Of a stretch of DNA of 64,000 bases, positions 13,901 through 22,151 are shown one piece after another. The first letter of the stretch is position 1. Each line of letters begins with the position of its first letter. A program made the translations under genes and the position numbers. Origin of the DNA: a virus; the IMG/VR virus record IMGVR_UViG_3300031963_000020, positions 84,341 to 148,340 of that record; one strand, given 5' to 3'. The notes under the pieces were generated by a model. That model did not search any database, was not told the DNA's origin, and saw only the letters and a program-made list of their open reading frames with translations.

Positions 13901-14297
13901 TCCTGGTTGGGTAACAAGTTCTGGTCAAATTGATTACAACTCAATTACTAATAAATTAAGTGGAGTTGTTTCATCATCCGCACAGACAGTTGCATTAATT
14001 GCATCACAAGATATCGCACCGGCAACAGTAAATGCAACAACGATAAACGCATCTATCGTAACAGCATCAAACTTAACTGCAAATCAAGCAGTATTTACAA
14101 ATGGTAGTGATGGATTGGTCAGTAATGCAATTACCGGAACTGGTAATGTGGTAATGAGTGCAAGTCCAACGTTAACAGGAACATTTACGGCAGATAAATC
14201 AATTATGTCTGGTTCACAATTCTCGGGAATAGTATCAGGTAGTGGATTAGAGTATAGATTGGTGGTTCCTGTTGGAACTAATCAATACGCAACTTAA
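10941..14297 (+). CDS. Ser/Thr-rich repeat fibre protein, 1118 aa
   Basis: T(T/D)NL(T/P)EG..NLYYTDARV repeats typical of myophage fibres; [10 protein letters not shown] repeats; [21 protein letters not shown] domain shared with ORF 491. Confidence 0.7.
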   Translation: MSLLKVNNIELATSGSTNVTFNDDVTFGAAVNISSGSITASFAIANASIEKEKLTNDARDFVNILNKPAGLISSSGQFVSAISGSSLELGGILATGSIRTTSVFSGSGAQLFGIPNAALNNSSITINGGAVSLGGTRTLTTSDITEGTNQYYTDARVKSKLDSETVVSSSGQINYQAVTGQPTVNTFGGDGNQSFTIVNGIFISASGGADGIIVTNDSGNQLLRFRTVGGTVSSSAQVTAALPAGVVSSSTQVQPLLPGGTVSASAQYPGWVTASSQIDYNSITNKLSGVVSTSAQVQPLLPADTVSASAQVKAFLPDGTVSASAQYPGWITSSTQVVQSLPGGTVSASAQYPGWVTASSQIIVQNTTGIGAIATTGSNTFIGNQIISGSTTITGDLTVQGTSSVTYVTSSQLNVGSNTITLNTTDVLRYGGLTVFDSASAGQSGSLLWDSVNNVWLYVHAGTSNTSSILITGPENTGALGSEQFLTPNLLPKAGLTGDHIVNSQISDNGTQVGIVGGLKVTGSITSSHIVPAVTDTFDLGSPTLKFRDLYLSGSTLYLGSLAIRDNGGALSIGPSGSAIGTNSPVSGAFTGSFQGNGSQLTNIANAALPGGIISSSTQLPAGTVSASSQYPGWVTASSQIDYNSITNKLSGVFSSSTQIANNLPAGTVSSSGQINAGATANFATAVAAQLGTVHSGSFMSTATTNNLPEGVTNLYYTDARVKTKMSGDVVHSGSFLGTATTDNLTQGSTNKYYANSLVLSYIDSLSVLSSSQQVVNRLPIGTVSSSNQISNVLVTSASYAATASLALGVSGSLAVSTDGLNEGSINLYYTDARVKTKLNAENVHSASFLGTATTTNLTEGINLYFTNQRAKDALPGVVSSSAQVPTLLPGGTVSSSAQYPGWVTASSQIDYNSIQNKLSGVISSSTQVKPLLPDGTVTSSAQYPGWVTSSTQVVWSSVNYNAGIVSSSGQVQPLLPGGTVSSSAQYPGWVTSSGQIDYNSITNKLSGVVSSSAQTVALIASQDIAPATVNATTINASIVTASNLTANQAVFTNGSDGLVSNAITGTGNVVMSASPTLTGTFTADKSIMSGSQFSGIVSGSGLEYRLVVPVGTNQYAT

Positions 14298-14315
14298 TAA
14301 GAGGTTTTATTAAAT

Positions 14316-15170
14316 ATGGGTCTTAATGAACAAATTCTCGCTGGGGCAGCAGCACTAAAGCGTGAAAATATAATAATTCCAATAGAAACAGCAAGTGTTC
14401 AGTATACAGGGTCAATTGAAATGGGCCGTGTATTTGCTATTACTGCTGTGCAAGGTTCCAAAATCTGCCGTATAAGATTATATATGGATTCTGGTAGTCG
14501 TAATGACGGCACGGAATTAGCAAGACCATTTATTTCGCAAAGTATCCCATCGGCAATTAGTTTAATAACAGATATTAGTTTAGATAACGAATCGTTATTT
14601 CGTTTGGCTCCTCCTGTCTTTGGGGTGAACCTTGACAATCCTATTAAGAGTAGTATATATTACACTATTGATTCCAGTTCTGGAGCAAATCTAGATGCTG
14701 GAGATAAAATAACACTTACTAGATTTTTGATGGAAGATCCTGCGGTAAGTAATTTAGTAGGAGTAGATACACACAAGACATTAATTATTAGTGCATCGGG
14801 ATTAGCATCTGGTAGTCACAGAACTGGTAGTATTAGTTCACCACGAACATATCTAGCATACGCAGTGGAACCAACAGTTGCACCTATTAGATTACGACTA
14901 TACACTAGTCAAAGTTATAGAGACGATGTTGGTGAAATTTCTAGGTCATTTACAACAGAACCATCACAGAGTAACGGACTTATCGCTGACTTTTATATGG
15001 AAGATGTTGCAAAGACACCAATGACACCTATACTCATTGGTAGAAATGATGCAGATTTATTAAATCCAGCATTATTGTCGGCAGACCAAATAACATATTA
15101 CACAATTACAAATGGATCTGGCACAGGAACTATATCTGGGTCAGTTTATATATTTTCACTAGAAGATTGA
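14316..15170 (+). CDS. Hypothetical virion protein with internal two-fold repeat
   Basis: RIRLYMDSGSRND..E.ARPF and RLRLYTSQSYRDD..E.SRSF; GAGG SD upstream. Confidence 0.55.
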   Translation: MGLNEQILAGAAALKRENIIIPIETASVQYTGSIEMGRVFAITAVQGSKICRIRLYMDSGSRNDGTELARPFISQSIPSAISLITDISLDNESLFRLAPPVFGVNLDNPIKSSIYYTIDSSSGANLDAGDKITLTRFLMEDPAVSNLVGVDTHKTLIISASGLASGSHRTGSISSPRTYLAYAVEPTVAPIRLRLYTSQSYRDDVGEISRSFTTEPSQSNGLIADFYMEDVAKTPMTPILIGRNDADLLNPALLSADQITYYTITNGSGTGTISGSVYIFSLED

Positions 15171-15177
15171 GGTTATT

Positions 15178-15843
15178 ATGAGTGTACAAATGTTTCGTGA
15201 GTTACAAGAACTAATCGATACGGCACAACACATAGTTATTGCTGTTATTGTGGCCGAAGGGTGTGAAAATTACAAGGGTAAATTCTTGACTGATTTGGAA
15301 AATCAAATCAAGGGTCAACAGAACCCAGTACATTTACACACCATTTGTTATCGTGAAGAACCAATTATGTTTCCACGCCCAATGACACAAGCGGTGTATT
15401 ATTTCGCACCAAAAAATTATACACCACTTTTTTATCGTCAAGGTGCAAGAGCGATGGACGCACCAATAGATATTGTAACGGCCATCAAAATGAGGCAGGG
15501 GATGTCCTATGCAGAGGCTGCATACGGTGCGGATAAGATGGAAAGTTACGAACGAACAGAAAATTTGGTAAAGAACGAAGATACATCAAAGTTTCCTTCA
15601 TTGTTTCAACAAGCACGTAATTTTGCAAAAGAAATGTGGCACGCAGGTAAAAATGCAGCAGTTGGATTACCTGTATTAGTAGATGCGGATATTGCATACA
15701 ATAGATTTGAAACGTGTCGTGGTTGTGAATTTTTAACACAAGATAGTTTTCGTTGTGAAAAATGTGGGTGTTTTATGAAAACAAAAACACAAATTGCAAC
15801 TTCTTCATGTCCAATTGGAAAATGGCACGCTATAACGCAGTAA
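15178..15843 (+). CDS. Protein with C-terminal Cys-rich domain (DUF6171-like) and possible degenerate thioredoxin-like N-terminus
   Basis: R...CRGC...CEKCGCFMKTKT.....CPIGKW. Confidence 0.55.
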   Translation: MSVQMFRELQELIDTAQHIVIAVIVAEGCENYKGKFLTDLENQIKGQQNPVHLHTICYREEPIMFPRPMTQAVYYFAPKNYTPLFYRQGARAMDAPIDIVTAIKMRQGMSYAEAAYGADKMESYERTENLVKNEDTSKFPSLFQQARNFAKEMWHAGKNAAVGLPVLVDADIAYNRFETCRGCEFLTQDSFRCEKCGCFMKTKTQIATSSCPIGKWHAITQ

Positions 15844-15870
15844 AAACAAAGTAGACAACTTGTTGGTGAA

Positions 15871-15878
15871 TATTTATA
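15871..15878 (+). promoter_or_regulatory. Putative late promoter core TATTTATA
   Basis: Intergenic, 10 nt before the ATG at 15889. Confidence 0.4.
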
Positions 15879-15888
15879 TTAGAATACT

Positions 15889-16620
15889 ATGTTAAGATTT
15901 TTTCCGTATAGAACATTTAGTTCGTCATTTGCATTCACGGGGTCCGCAGCACAAACTGCATCATTCGTGCTGTCTGGAACCACCGCATCGTTTTCACTAA
16001 CTGGTGGTGGTCCAACTGGTCCTGTTGGGCAAACGTCGGTAGTACAAGGTATTACAGGTGTATCAGGACCAACAGGTATAGGTCCAACAGGTCCACGTGG
16101 CACCACAGGTCCAACAGGCCCAAGATCAGCAACAGGTCCAACAGGACCAACTGGTATTACAGGACCAACTGGCGCTACAGGAGCAACTGGAGCTGCATCA
16201 ACTGGTCCAACAGGACCAATAGGAGTTTCAGGTAGTACAGGTCCAACAGGACCAACAGGTGCAACAGGTATTATCGGTATCACAGGTGCAACTGGTCCGA
16301 CAGGAGCAACAGGTCCAAGTGGTCCAACAGGTATTCAAGGTATTGCAGGGCCGCAAGGTGTTACTGGTGCTACGGGTCCAACTGGTGCAATTGGTGTCGC
16401 AGTATCAGGTATCCAAGGTCCAACAGGTGTAACAGGGCCGTCAGGTCCATTTGGTTCTTCTGGTCCACAAGGTACAATTGGTGTTACAGGTCCAACAGGA
16501 CCAACAGGTGCACAAGGAACCGCATTTACAGGGCCAACAGGTGCAACAGGTGCAACTGGTGCTACGGGTCCAACAGGAGCTGTGGGAGCTACTGGTCCAA
16601 CTGGTGCGAACACACCATAA
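15889..16620 (+). CDS. Collagen-like protein with N-terminal FFP motif
   Basis: MLRFFPY..SSSFA..TASF leader, then about 200 aa of G-X-Y to the C-terminus. Confidence 0.8.
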   Translation: MLRFFPYRTFSSSFAFTGSAAQTASFVLSGTTASFSLTGGGPTGPVGQTSVVQGITGVSGPTGIGPTGPRGTTGPTGPRSATGPTGPTGITGPTGATGATGAASTGPTGPIGVSGSTGPTGPTGATGIIGITGATGPTGATGPSGPTGIQGIAGPQGVTGATGPTGAIGVAVSGIQGPTGVTGPSGPFGSSGPQGTIGVTGPTGPTGAQGTAFTGPTGATGATGATGPTGAVGATGPTGANTP

Positions 16621-16635
16621 TAGAGAGAAAGTGTT

Positions 16636-18279
16636 ATGACGTTTAAATTTTTTCCGTTCGGTGTACCAACTACTAGTTCGTTTGCAATAGGAGTCGGAGT
16701 AACAGCTACCGCATCTATTGCAATTAATAGTGGTTCTGCGTTCTCTACGGCGTCATACGCACTGGGTGGGTCCACGGGTGCCACAGGTCCAAGTGGTCCG
16801 CAAGGAGCAACAGGTCCAACAGGTCCAACGGGTCCAACAGGCATTTCTGGATCAACTGGTGTTTTGGGTACTTCTGGTTCAACAGGACCACAAACGTCAG
16901 GGTCAACAGGTCCGACTGGACCAAGTGGTATTACTGGAGCAACAGGTCCAACAGGACCAACTGGTATTACGGGTTCTACGGGTGTAATAGGTATTACAGG
17001 ACCATCTGGTATTCGTGGTGCAACAGGTGCAACTGGAGCAACAGGTCCAACAGGCCCAACAGGTAGTGTTGGTATAACTGCTGGTATCATAGGTGTATCA
17101 GGTGTTACAGGCCCAACTGGTTCATCTGGTCCAACTGGTGTACAAGGAAGCACGGGTCCAACTGGTGTGGGGCCAACTGGAGCAACAGGTGCAACGGGTC
17201 CATCTGGTTCAGCAGGACCAACAGGACCAGTGGGACCAACAGGAGCAACTGGTGCAATCGGACCATCTGGATCTTCTGGTCCAAATACATTCGGAATAGT
17301 TGGTATAACTGGAGCAACTGGTCCTACTGGTGTTATCGGACCAACGGGACCACAAGGAAACGCTGGTCGAGCTGTATTTTTCATAACAGGATCATGTAAT
17401 CAAACACATTCCGATATCACCGTTCCTCACAGTGACGTTGCAGCAAGTCATACTGATATCGCAGCAGCACACACAGATACTACCATTAATGCATCACATA
17501 GTGACATTGTTACCACAACACCAGCATCACATACAGATAATACTACACCATTCGTAAATACGACTATTAACGCATCACATAGTGACACAACAATTAATGC
17601 ATCACATAGTGATATTGCGCATAGTAATATTACAATTAACGCCGCACATACTGATAATACCACACCATTTAATAATATCGCATTTACTAATATTGCAAAA
17701 TCACATACGGATATTTCACACAGCAATATATCACATACGAATATCGGAGCAGCACATACAGATAATACTACACCATTTAATAATATCGCGTTTAGTAATA
17801 TTGCATTCACAAATACCACTATACCATTTAGTAACATAGGATTTAGTAATTCGTATACTCCACATTCAAACATTGCTAAAGGTGCAGTTCATAAAGACGA
17901 TTACGGTCCACCAGCACATACAAATAGTACAACACCACATAGTAATATTGCATTCTCAAACACAGGATTCTCTAACTCGTATACTCCACATACAAACGTG
18001 GGTCATACGGATATTGCGTTCTCTAATACAGGATTTAGTAATAGTTATACTCCACATACTAATATTGGTTCAGCTCACACCAACACTACAATCAACGCAT
18101 CACACACAGATAATTACACGGCACATCAAAACGTAGCGCATGGAGATATACCGTTCGTGAATAGTTATACACCGGCACAATGTTCGCAATGTCCTGGTGG
18201 AGATCCGTCTGAATGTGATTCGTTCTGTGAATGTTATCCAAACTGTGGTTGCTTCGGTAATACGTGCATCGGTATATAA
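16636..18279 (+). CDS. Collagen + 38 x [HF]-x-[DN] repeat + 8-Cys tip protein (zipper chain C)
   Basis: MTFKFFPFG leader; G-X-Y to about aa 244; repeat array aa 258-509; C-terminus CSQC...CDSFCEC..NCGC....C. Confidence 0.85.
   Translation: MTFKFFPFGVPTTSSFAIGVGVTATASIAINSGSAFSTASYALGGSTGATGPSGPQGATGPTGPTGPTGISGSTGVLGTSGSTGPQTSGSTGPTGPSGITGATGPTGPTGITGSTGVIGITGPSGIRGATGATGATGPTGPTGSVGITAGIIGVSGVTGPTGSSGPTGVQGSTGPTGVGPTGATGATGPSGSAGPTGPVGPTGATGAIGPSGSSGPNTFGIVGITGATGPTGVIGPTGPQGNAGRAVFFITGSCNQTHSDITVPHSDVAASHTDIAAAHTDTTINASHSDIVTTTPASHTDNTTPFVNTTINASHSDTTINASHSDIAHSNITINAAHTDNTTPFNNIAFTNIAKSHTDISHSNISHTNIGAAHTDNTTPFNNIAFSNIAFTNTTIPFSNIGFSNSYTPHSNIAKGAVHKDDYGPPAHTNSTTPHSNIAFSNTGFSNSYTPHTNVGHTDIAFSNTGFSNSYTPHTNIGSAHTNTTINASHTDNYTAHQNVAHGDIPFVNSYTPAQCSQCPGGDPSECDSFCECYPNCGCFGNTCIGI
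17407..18162 (+). repeat. [HF]-x-[DN] motif array (38 motifs, spacings 5/7/9/11 aa)
   Basis: Hand-parsed from translation ([21 protein letters not shown] ... HGDIP FVN). Confidence 0.9.
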
Positions 18280-18305
18280 TAAATGTTTATAATAGGGAAT
18301 AAATA

Positions 18306-19082
18306 ATGCCAGGTCCAACACATACAAATATAGGCCACTCCGATATAGCGTTTGAGAATGTCTACGCTGCGCATACTGATTTTACACAAAATCCGGCACA
18401 CACTGACAATACCACACCATTTAATAATATTGCAGCAGCTCATACCAATATCGCTCATAGTAATCAGGCATTTCTTAATACTTCATTTAGTAATATAGCA
18501 AAATCACACACCAATGTATCACATACAAATATTGGGCATACAGACGGTACGGCAGCACATACAGACAACTATTCACCAGCATCGCATTTAGATAATACTA
18601 GTGCACACTCAAATATCGCAGCAGCTCATACAAATATTGCACATAGTAATATAGCAACATCACACACAGATATATCTCACTCAAATATATCTCATACTAA
18701 CATCGGTGCATCACACACTGACAATACCACACCATTTAACAATATTGCGTTTAGTAATATTGGGTTCGTAAACACCACTATTCCACATACTAATATTGGT
18801 CACACTAATATAGGTGCAGCGCATTCAGATAATACAACACCAGCAGATCACAGCGATATCGCATTTAGTAATATTACGATTAACGCAAGTCACACGGATA
18901 TTACAATCAACGCAAGTCACACGGATATTGCAGCATCACATACCGATACTACCATTAACGCATCACACACGAATATAGTAAGTACCACTCCAGCTTCACA
19001 TACCGACAGTACAACACCATTTACAAATAGTACTACACCACACTCAAATGTTGCGGCCGCTCACAGTAACGCATTCCTATAA
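18306..19082 (+). CDS. Pure [HF]-x-[DN] repeat protein, 38 motifs (zipper chain D, mirror partner of 16636)
   Basis: Almost entirely HTN/HTD/HSN/FSN units; AGGGA SD-like element upstream. Confidence 0.85.
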   Translation: MPGPTHTNIGHSDIAFENVYAAHTDFTQNPAHTDNTTPFNNIAAAHTNIAHSNQAFLNTSFSNIAKSHTNVSHTNIGHTDGTAAHTDNYSPASHLDNTSAHSNIAAAHTNIAHSNIATSHTDISHSNISHTNIGASHTDNTTPFNNIAFSNIGFVNTTIPHTNIGHTNIGAAHSDNTTPADHSDIAFSNITINASHTDITINASHTDIAASHTDTTINASHTNIVSTTPASHTDSTTPFTNSTTPHSNVAAAHSNAFL

Positions 19083-19088
19083 TACACT

Positions 19089-19952
19089 ATGTCGCAATTT
19101 TTTCCACTAGGTACACCAACAACTGCAAGTACAGCACTTATCAGTAGTTTAGCATTTACCGCAACGTATGCTGTGAATGTGAATGTGTTGACAGCATCAT
19201 ATGGTCCTGGACCAACTGGACCACAAGGTGATAAAGGACCAACAGGACCACAAGGTGCAACTGGATTGGCAGGGTCAGGTTCTACAGGACCAACGGGCGC
19301 AACAGGTCCAACTGGGCTAACTAGTTCAGGTCCAACAGGTCCAACAGGACCGCAAGGTGTAATCGGTATTACTGGTATTACAGGCCCAACAGGTGTCACA
19401 GGTTCTACAGGCCCAACAGGTCCAATAGGAATTACTGGTGTAATTGGTGTTACAGGTATTTCTGGTGTAACTGGTATTGCTTCATTTACTTCGGGTTCCA
19501 CAGGCGCTACTGGGCCAACTGGAGCAACAGGTGCTACTGGTGTGGTGGGTATTACTGGTGCAACTGGTATTATTGGAATCACAGGACCAACAGGATTGAC
19601 TAATTTGGTGGGCATTACAGGTCCAACAGGTCCAATAGGATTACCAACCACGGGTTCTACAGGTCCAAGTGGTCCACAAGGAGCAACTGGTGTTGTAGGT
19701 ACTGGTGGTGTTTCTGCAGGAGCGGCGGCATCTGGAGTCATCGGTATTACGGGTATTACTGGTGTACAAGGTACCACAGGACCGCAAGGAAGTCGTGGTG
19801 TGGACGCCGAATGTCCAGCAGGATTTGTAACCTGTACGGAAGGGGCTCCGTCATCGGGGTCAAATACATATACAAACCCAAATAGTAGTATATATTCTGT
19901 GGTTTGTGCCGCAAGACCAGTAGGTTGTTTAGGAACATTTACGTGTGTATAA
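19089..19952 (+). CDS. Collagen-like protein with FFP leader and 5-Cys C-terminal domain
   Basis: MSQFFPLG leader; G-X-Y to about aa 237; ECPAGFVTC...VVC....GC....TCV. Confidence 0.8.
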   Translation: MSQFFPLGTPTTASTALISSLAFTATYAVNVNVLTASYGPGPTGPQGDKGPTGPQGATGLAGSGSTGPTGATGPTGLTSSGPTGPTGPQGVIGITGITGPTGVTGSTGPTGPIGITGVIGVTGISGVTGIASFTSGSTGATGPTGATGATGVVGITGATGIIGITGPTGLTNLVGITGPTGPIGLPTTGSTGPSGPQGATGVVGTGGVSAGAAASGVIGITGITGVQGTTGPQGSRGVDAECPAGFVTCTEGAPSSGSNTYTNPNSSIYSVVCAARPVGCLGTFTCV

Positions 19953-19984
19953 CGTTATTTTATAAGTAAAGGTATGGAAAATAC

Positions 19985-20002
19985 TACTTATATAGAGGTA
20001 GA
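19985..20002 (+). promoter_or_regulatory. Second copy of TACTTATATAGAGGTAGA element
   Basis: Identical to 97-114; upstream of GGAG SD and ATG 20025. Confidence 0.55.
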
Positions 20003-20024
20003 CGTTATGTGGAGAGTTTAATAT

Positions 20025-21218
20025 ATGGCTAAAGCACCTGGTAGTATTTGGGTAGATGGTGAAACCTTTAGATTTATTGACGCAACTGGAAACGAGTACT
20101 ATTACACTGGTACTGCGGGGTCTAGTCCTGCGGGAGCTAAGGCTGGTTCAATTTGGGTAGACGGAAATGATTTTCATTATATTTCTGCTACTGGTGTTGA
20201 CCGTACAATTGCATACACCGATTTGGGTGTAGCAGCGGGATCAAAACCAGGTTCAGTATGGGTGCAAACCACATTCTGGCAATGGATATCATCGGCAGGA
20301 AACGCTCGTCGTGGTCACACCGACGTAACAGCAGCACACACCGACAATACCACCCCAGCATCTCACACAGATATTGCATTCGTTAATACTACAATTAACG
20401 CGGCACACACAGATACTACAATCAACGCAAGCCATACAGATATAGCAAAAGCACACACGGATAACACAACACCAAATAGTCACACGGACAACACTACTCC
20501 GTTCAATAATATTGCGTTCGTTAATACTACAATCAATGCCGCTCACACGGATAATACAACGAACGCAAGCCATACAGATATAGCAAAAGCACACACGGAT
20601 AACACAACACCAAATAGTCATACTAACAGCTATACTCCACATAGTAATGTCGCACACACCAATATTGGTGCAGCGCACACGGACAACACTACTCCGTTTA
20701 ATAATATCGCATTCACTAACACCTATATTGGTAACAGTCACACCAACAGTTATACTCCACACAGTAATGTCGCACACACCAATATTGGTGCAGCGCACAC
20801 GGACAACACTACTCCGTTTAATAATATAGCATTTACCAATTCATATACAGGTAATAATCACACTAACAATTACACACCACACACCAATATCGGTCACAGT
20901 AATATCGGTCATACTAATATCGGATTTAGTAACATAGCATTTAGTAATATTGGATTTACCAATACAACTATCAATGCATCACACACAAATATCAGTCATA
21001 GTAATATTGGTGTATCGCATACAAATATCGGTCATAGTAATGTTGGATTTAGTAATTCGTATACTGGACACACAAACATTGCACATAGTAATATAGGCGT
21101 ATCGCATACAAATATTGGACATAGTAATGTTGGATTTAGTAATTCGTATACAGGATTTGTAAATTCTTACACACCACAAAATCACACAAATTCGTATCAG
21201 GGTGGTCCTTCAGCCTAA
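20025..21218 (+). CDS. Three GS[IV]WV repeats + 44 x [HF]-x-[DN] repeat protein (zipper chain A)
   Basis: N-terminal 97 aa with PGSIWVDG/AGSIWVDG/PGSVWVQ; array from aa 98 (nt 20316). Confidence 0.85.
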   Translation: MAKAPGSIWVDGETFRFIDATGNEYYYTGTAGSSPAGAKAGSIWVDGNDFHYISATGVDRTIAYTDLGVAAGSKPGSVWVQTTFWQWISSAGNARRGHTDVTAAHTDNTTPASHTDIAFVNTTINAAHTDTTINASHTDIAKAHTDNTTPNSHTDNTTPFNNIAFVNTTINAAHTDNTTNASHTDIAKAHTDNTTPNSHTNSYTPHSNVAHTNIGAAHTDNTTPFNNIAFTNTYIGNSHTNSYTPHSNVAHTNIGAAHTDNTTPFNNIAFTNSYTGNNHTNNYTPHTNIGHSNIGHTNIGFSNIAFSNIGFTNTTINASHTNISHSNIGVSHTNIGHSNVGFSNSYTGHTNIAHSNIGVSHTNIGHSNVGFSNSYTGFVNSYTPQNHTNSYQGGPSA

Positions 21219-21238
21219 TGCATGAAAAGGAATAATAT

Positions 21239-22144
21239 ATGAATCATAGTAATTCGACAACACCAGCATCACATACGAACATCGGTGCATCACATACTAA
21301 TATCGGGTTTAGTAATGTGGGGTTTAGTAATAGTTATACTCCATTTTCAAATGTTGGGTTCGGTAATGTCAATGCATCACATACTGATATTGGATTTAGT
21401 AATGTGGGATTTGCAAATTCTTACACACCATTTAGTAATGTAGGGTTTTCCAATAGTTACACACCAAATTCACACACTAATATTGCACACAGCAATATTG
21501 GTCATAGTAATATTGGATTTAATAATATTGCGTTTAGTAATATCGCATTTGGTAATATTGCAAGAACACATACCGATAACACTACAAATGCAAGTCATAC
21601 CAACATTGGTCATACAAATATTGGTGCTGCACACACGAATAACACCACACCATTTAATAATATAGCGTTTAGTAATATTGCGAAGGCACACACAGATAAC
21701 ACTACAAATGCAAGTCATACCAATATCGCGCATACAAATATTGGTGCTGCACATACGGATAACACCACACCATTTAATAATATAGCGTTTAGTAATATTG
21801 CGAAGGCACATACGGACAATACTACAATTGCCTCACACACGGACAATTACACTCCGCATACAAACACTACAATTAATGCGGCACATACCGACAATACAAC
21901 ACCAGCATCACATACGGATATCGCACATACTAATATTGCTGCAGCACATACGGACAATACTACTAACGCAGCCCATACGGACAATTACACCCCGCATACA
22001 AACACTACAATTAATGCCGCACACACGGATACCACAATCAACGCAAGTCATACCGACATTGCGCACACTAATACAACAATTAATGCTGCACACACGGATA
22101 ACACCACACCACATAGCGACCAACCAGTATTTGTTGGTCCATAA
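21239..22144 (+). CDS. Pure [HF]-x-[DN] repeat protein, 44 motifs (zipper chain B, mirror partner of 20025)
   Basis: AAGGA SD at 21227-21231; ends HSDQPVFVGP. Confidence 0.85.
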   Translation: MNHSNSTTPASHTNIGASHTNIGFSNVGFSNSYTPFSNVGFGNVNASHTDIGFSNVGFANSYTPFSNVGFSNSYTPNSHTNIAHSNIGHSNIGFNNIAFSNIAFGNIARTHTDNTTNASHTNIGHTNIGAAHTNNTTPFNNIAFSNIAKAHTDNTTNASHTNIAHTNIGAAHTDNTTPFNNIAFSNIAKAHTDNTTIASHTDNYTPHTNTTINAAHTDNTTPASHTDIAHTNIAAAHTDNTTNAAHTDNYTPHTNTTINAAHTDTTINASHTDIAHTNTTINAAHTDNTTPHSDQPVFVGP

Positions 22145-22151
22145 TTAGGGC

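Noticed and set aside
782-19777. Long minus-strand Pro/Val-rich ORFs (e.g. 16335-17384, 19061-19777, 1726-2160) and alternative-frame ORFs over repeats
   Set aside because: These are shadows of G-X-Y and HTN codon repeats that lack stops in other frames; all credible genes are on the + strand.
21216-21241. Frameshift, readthrough or sequencing error joining 20025 and 21239 (likewise 16636 and 18306)
   Set aside because: The downstream genes are out of frame, have an in-frame TAA two codons before the ATG and their own SD-like element. The same split occurs in both pairs.
17407-22144. CRISPR array or DNA-level inverted repeat as explanation for the repeats and the mirror
   Set aside because: Units are in-frame, vary synonymously and have no unique spacers. 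The partner genes use same-orientation units, so the symmetry is at the protein level only.
491-22144. Diversity-generating retroelement acting on fibre tips
   Set aside because: No reverse transcriptase in the window, and no adenine-specific template/variable repeat pair was seen.
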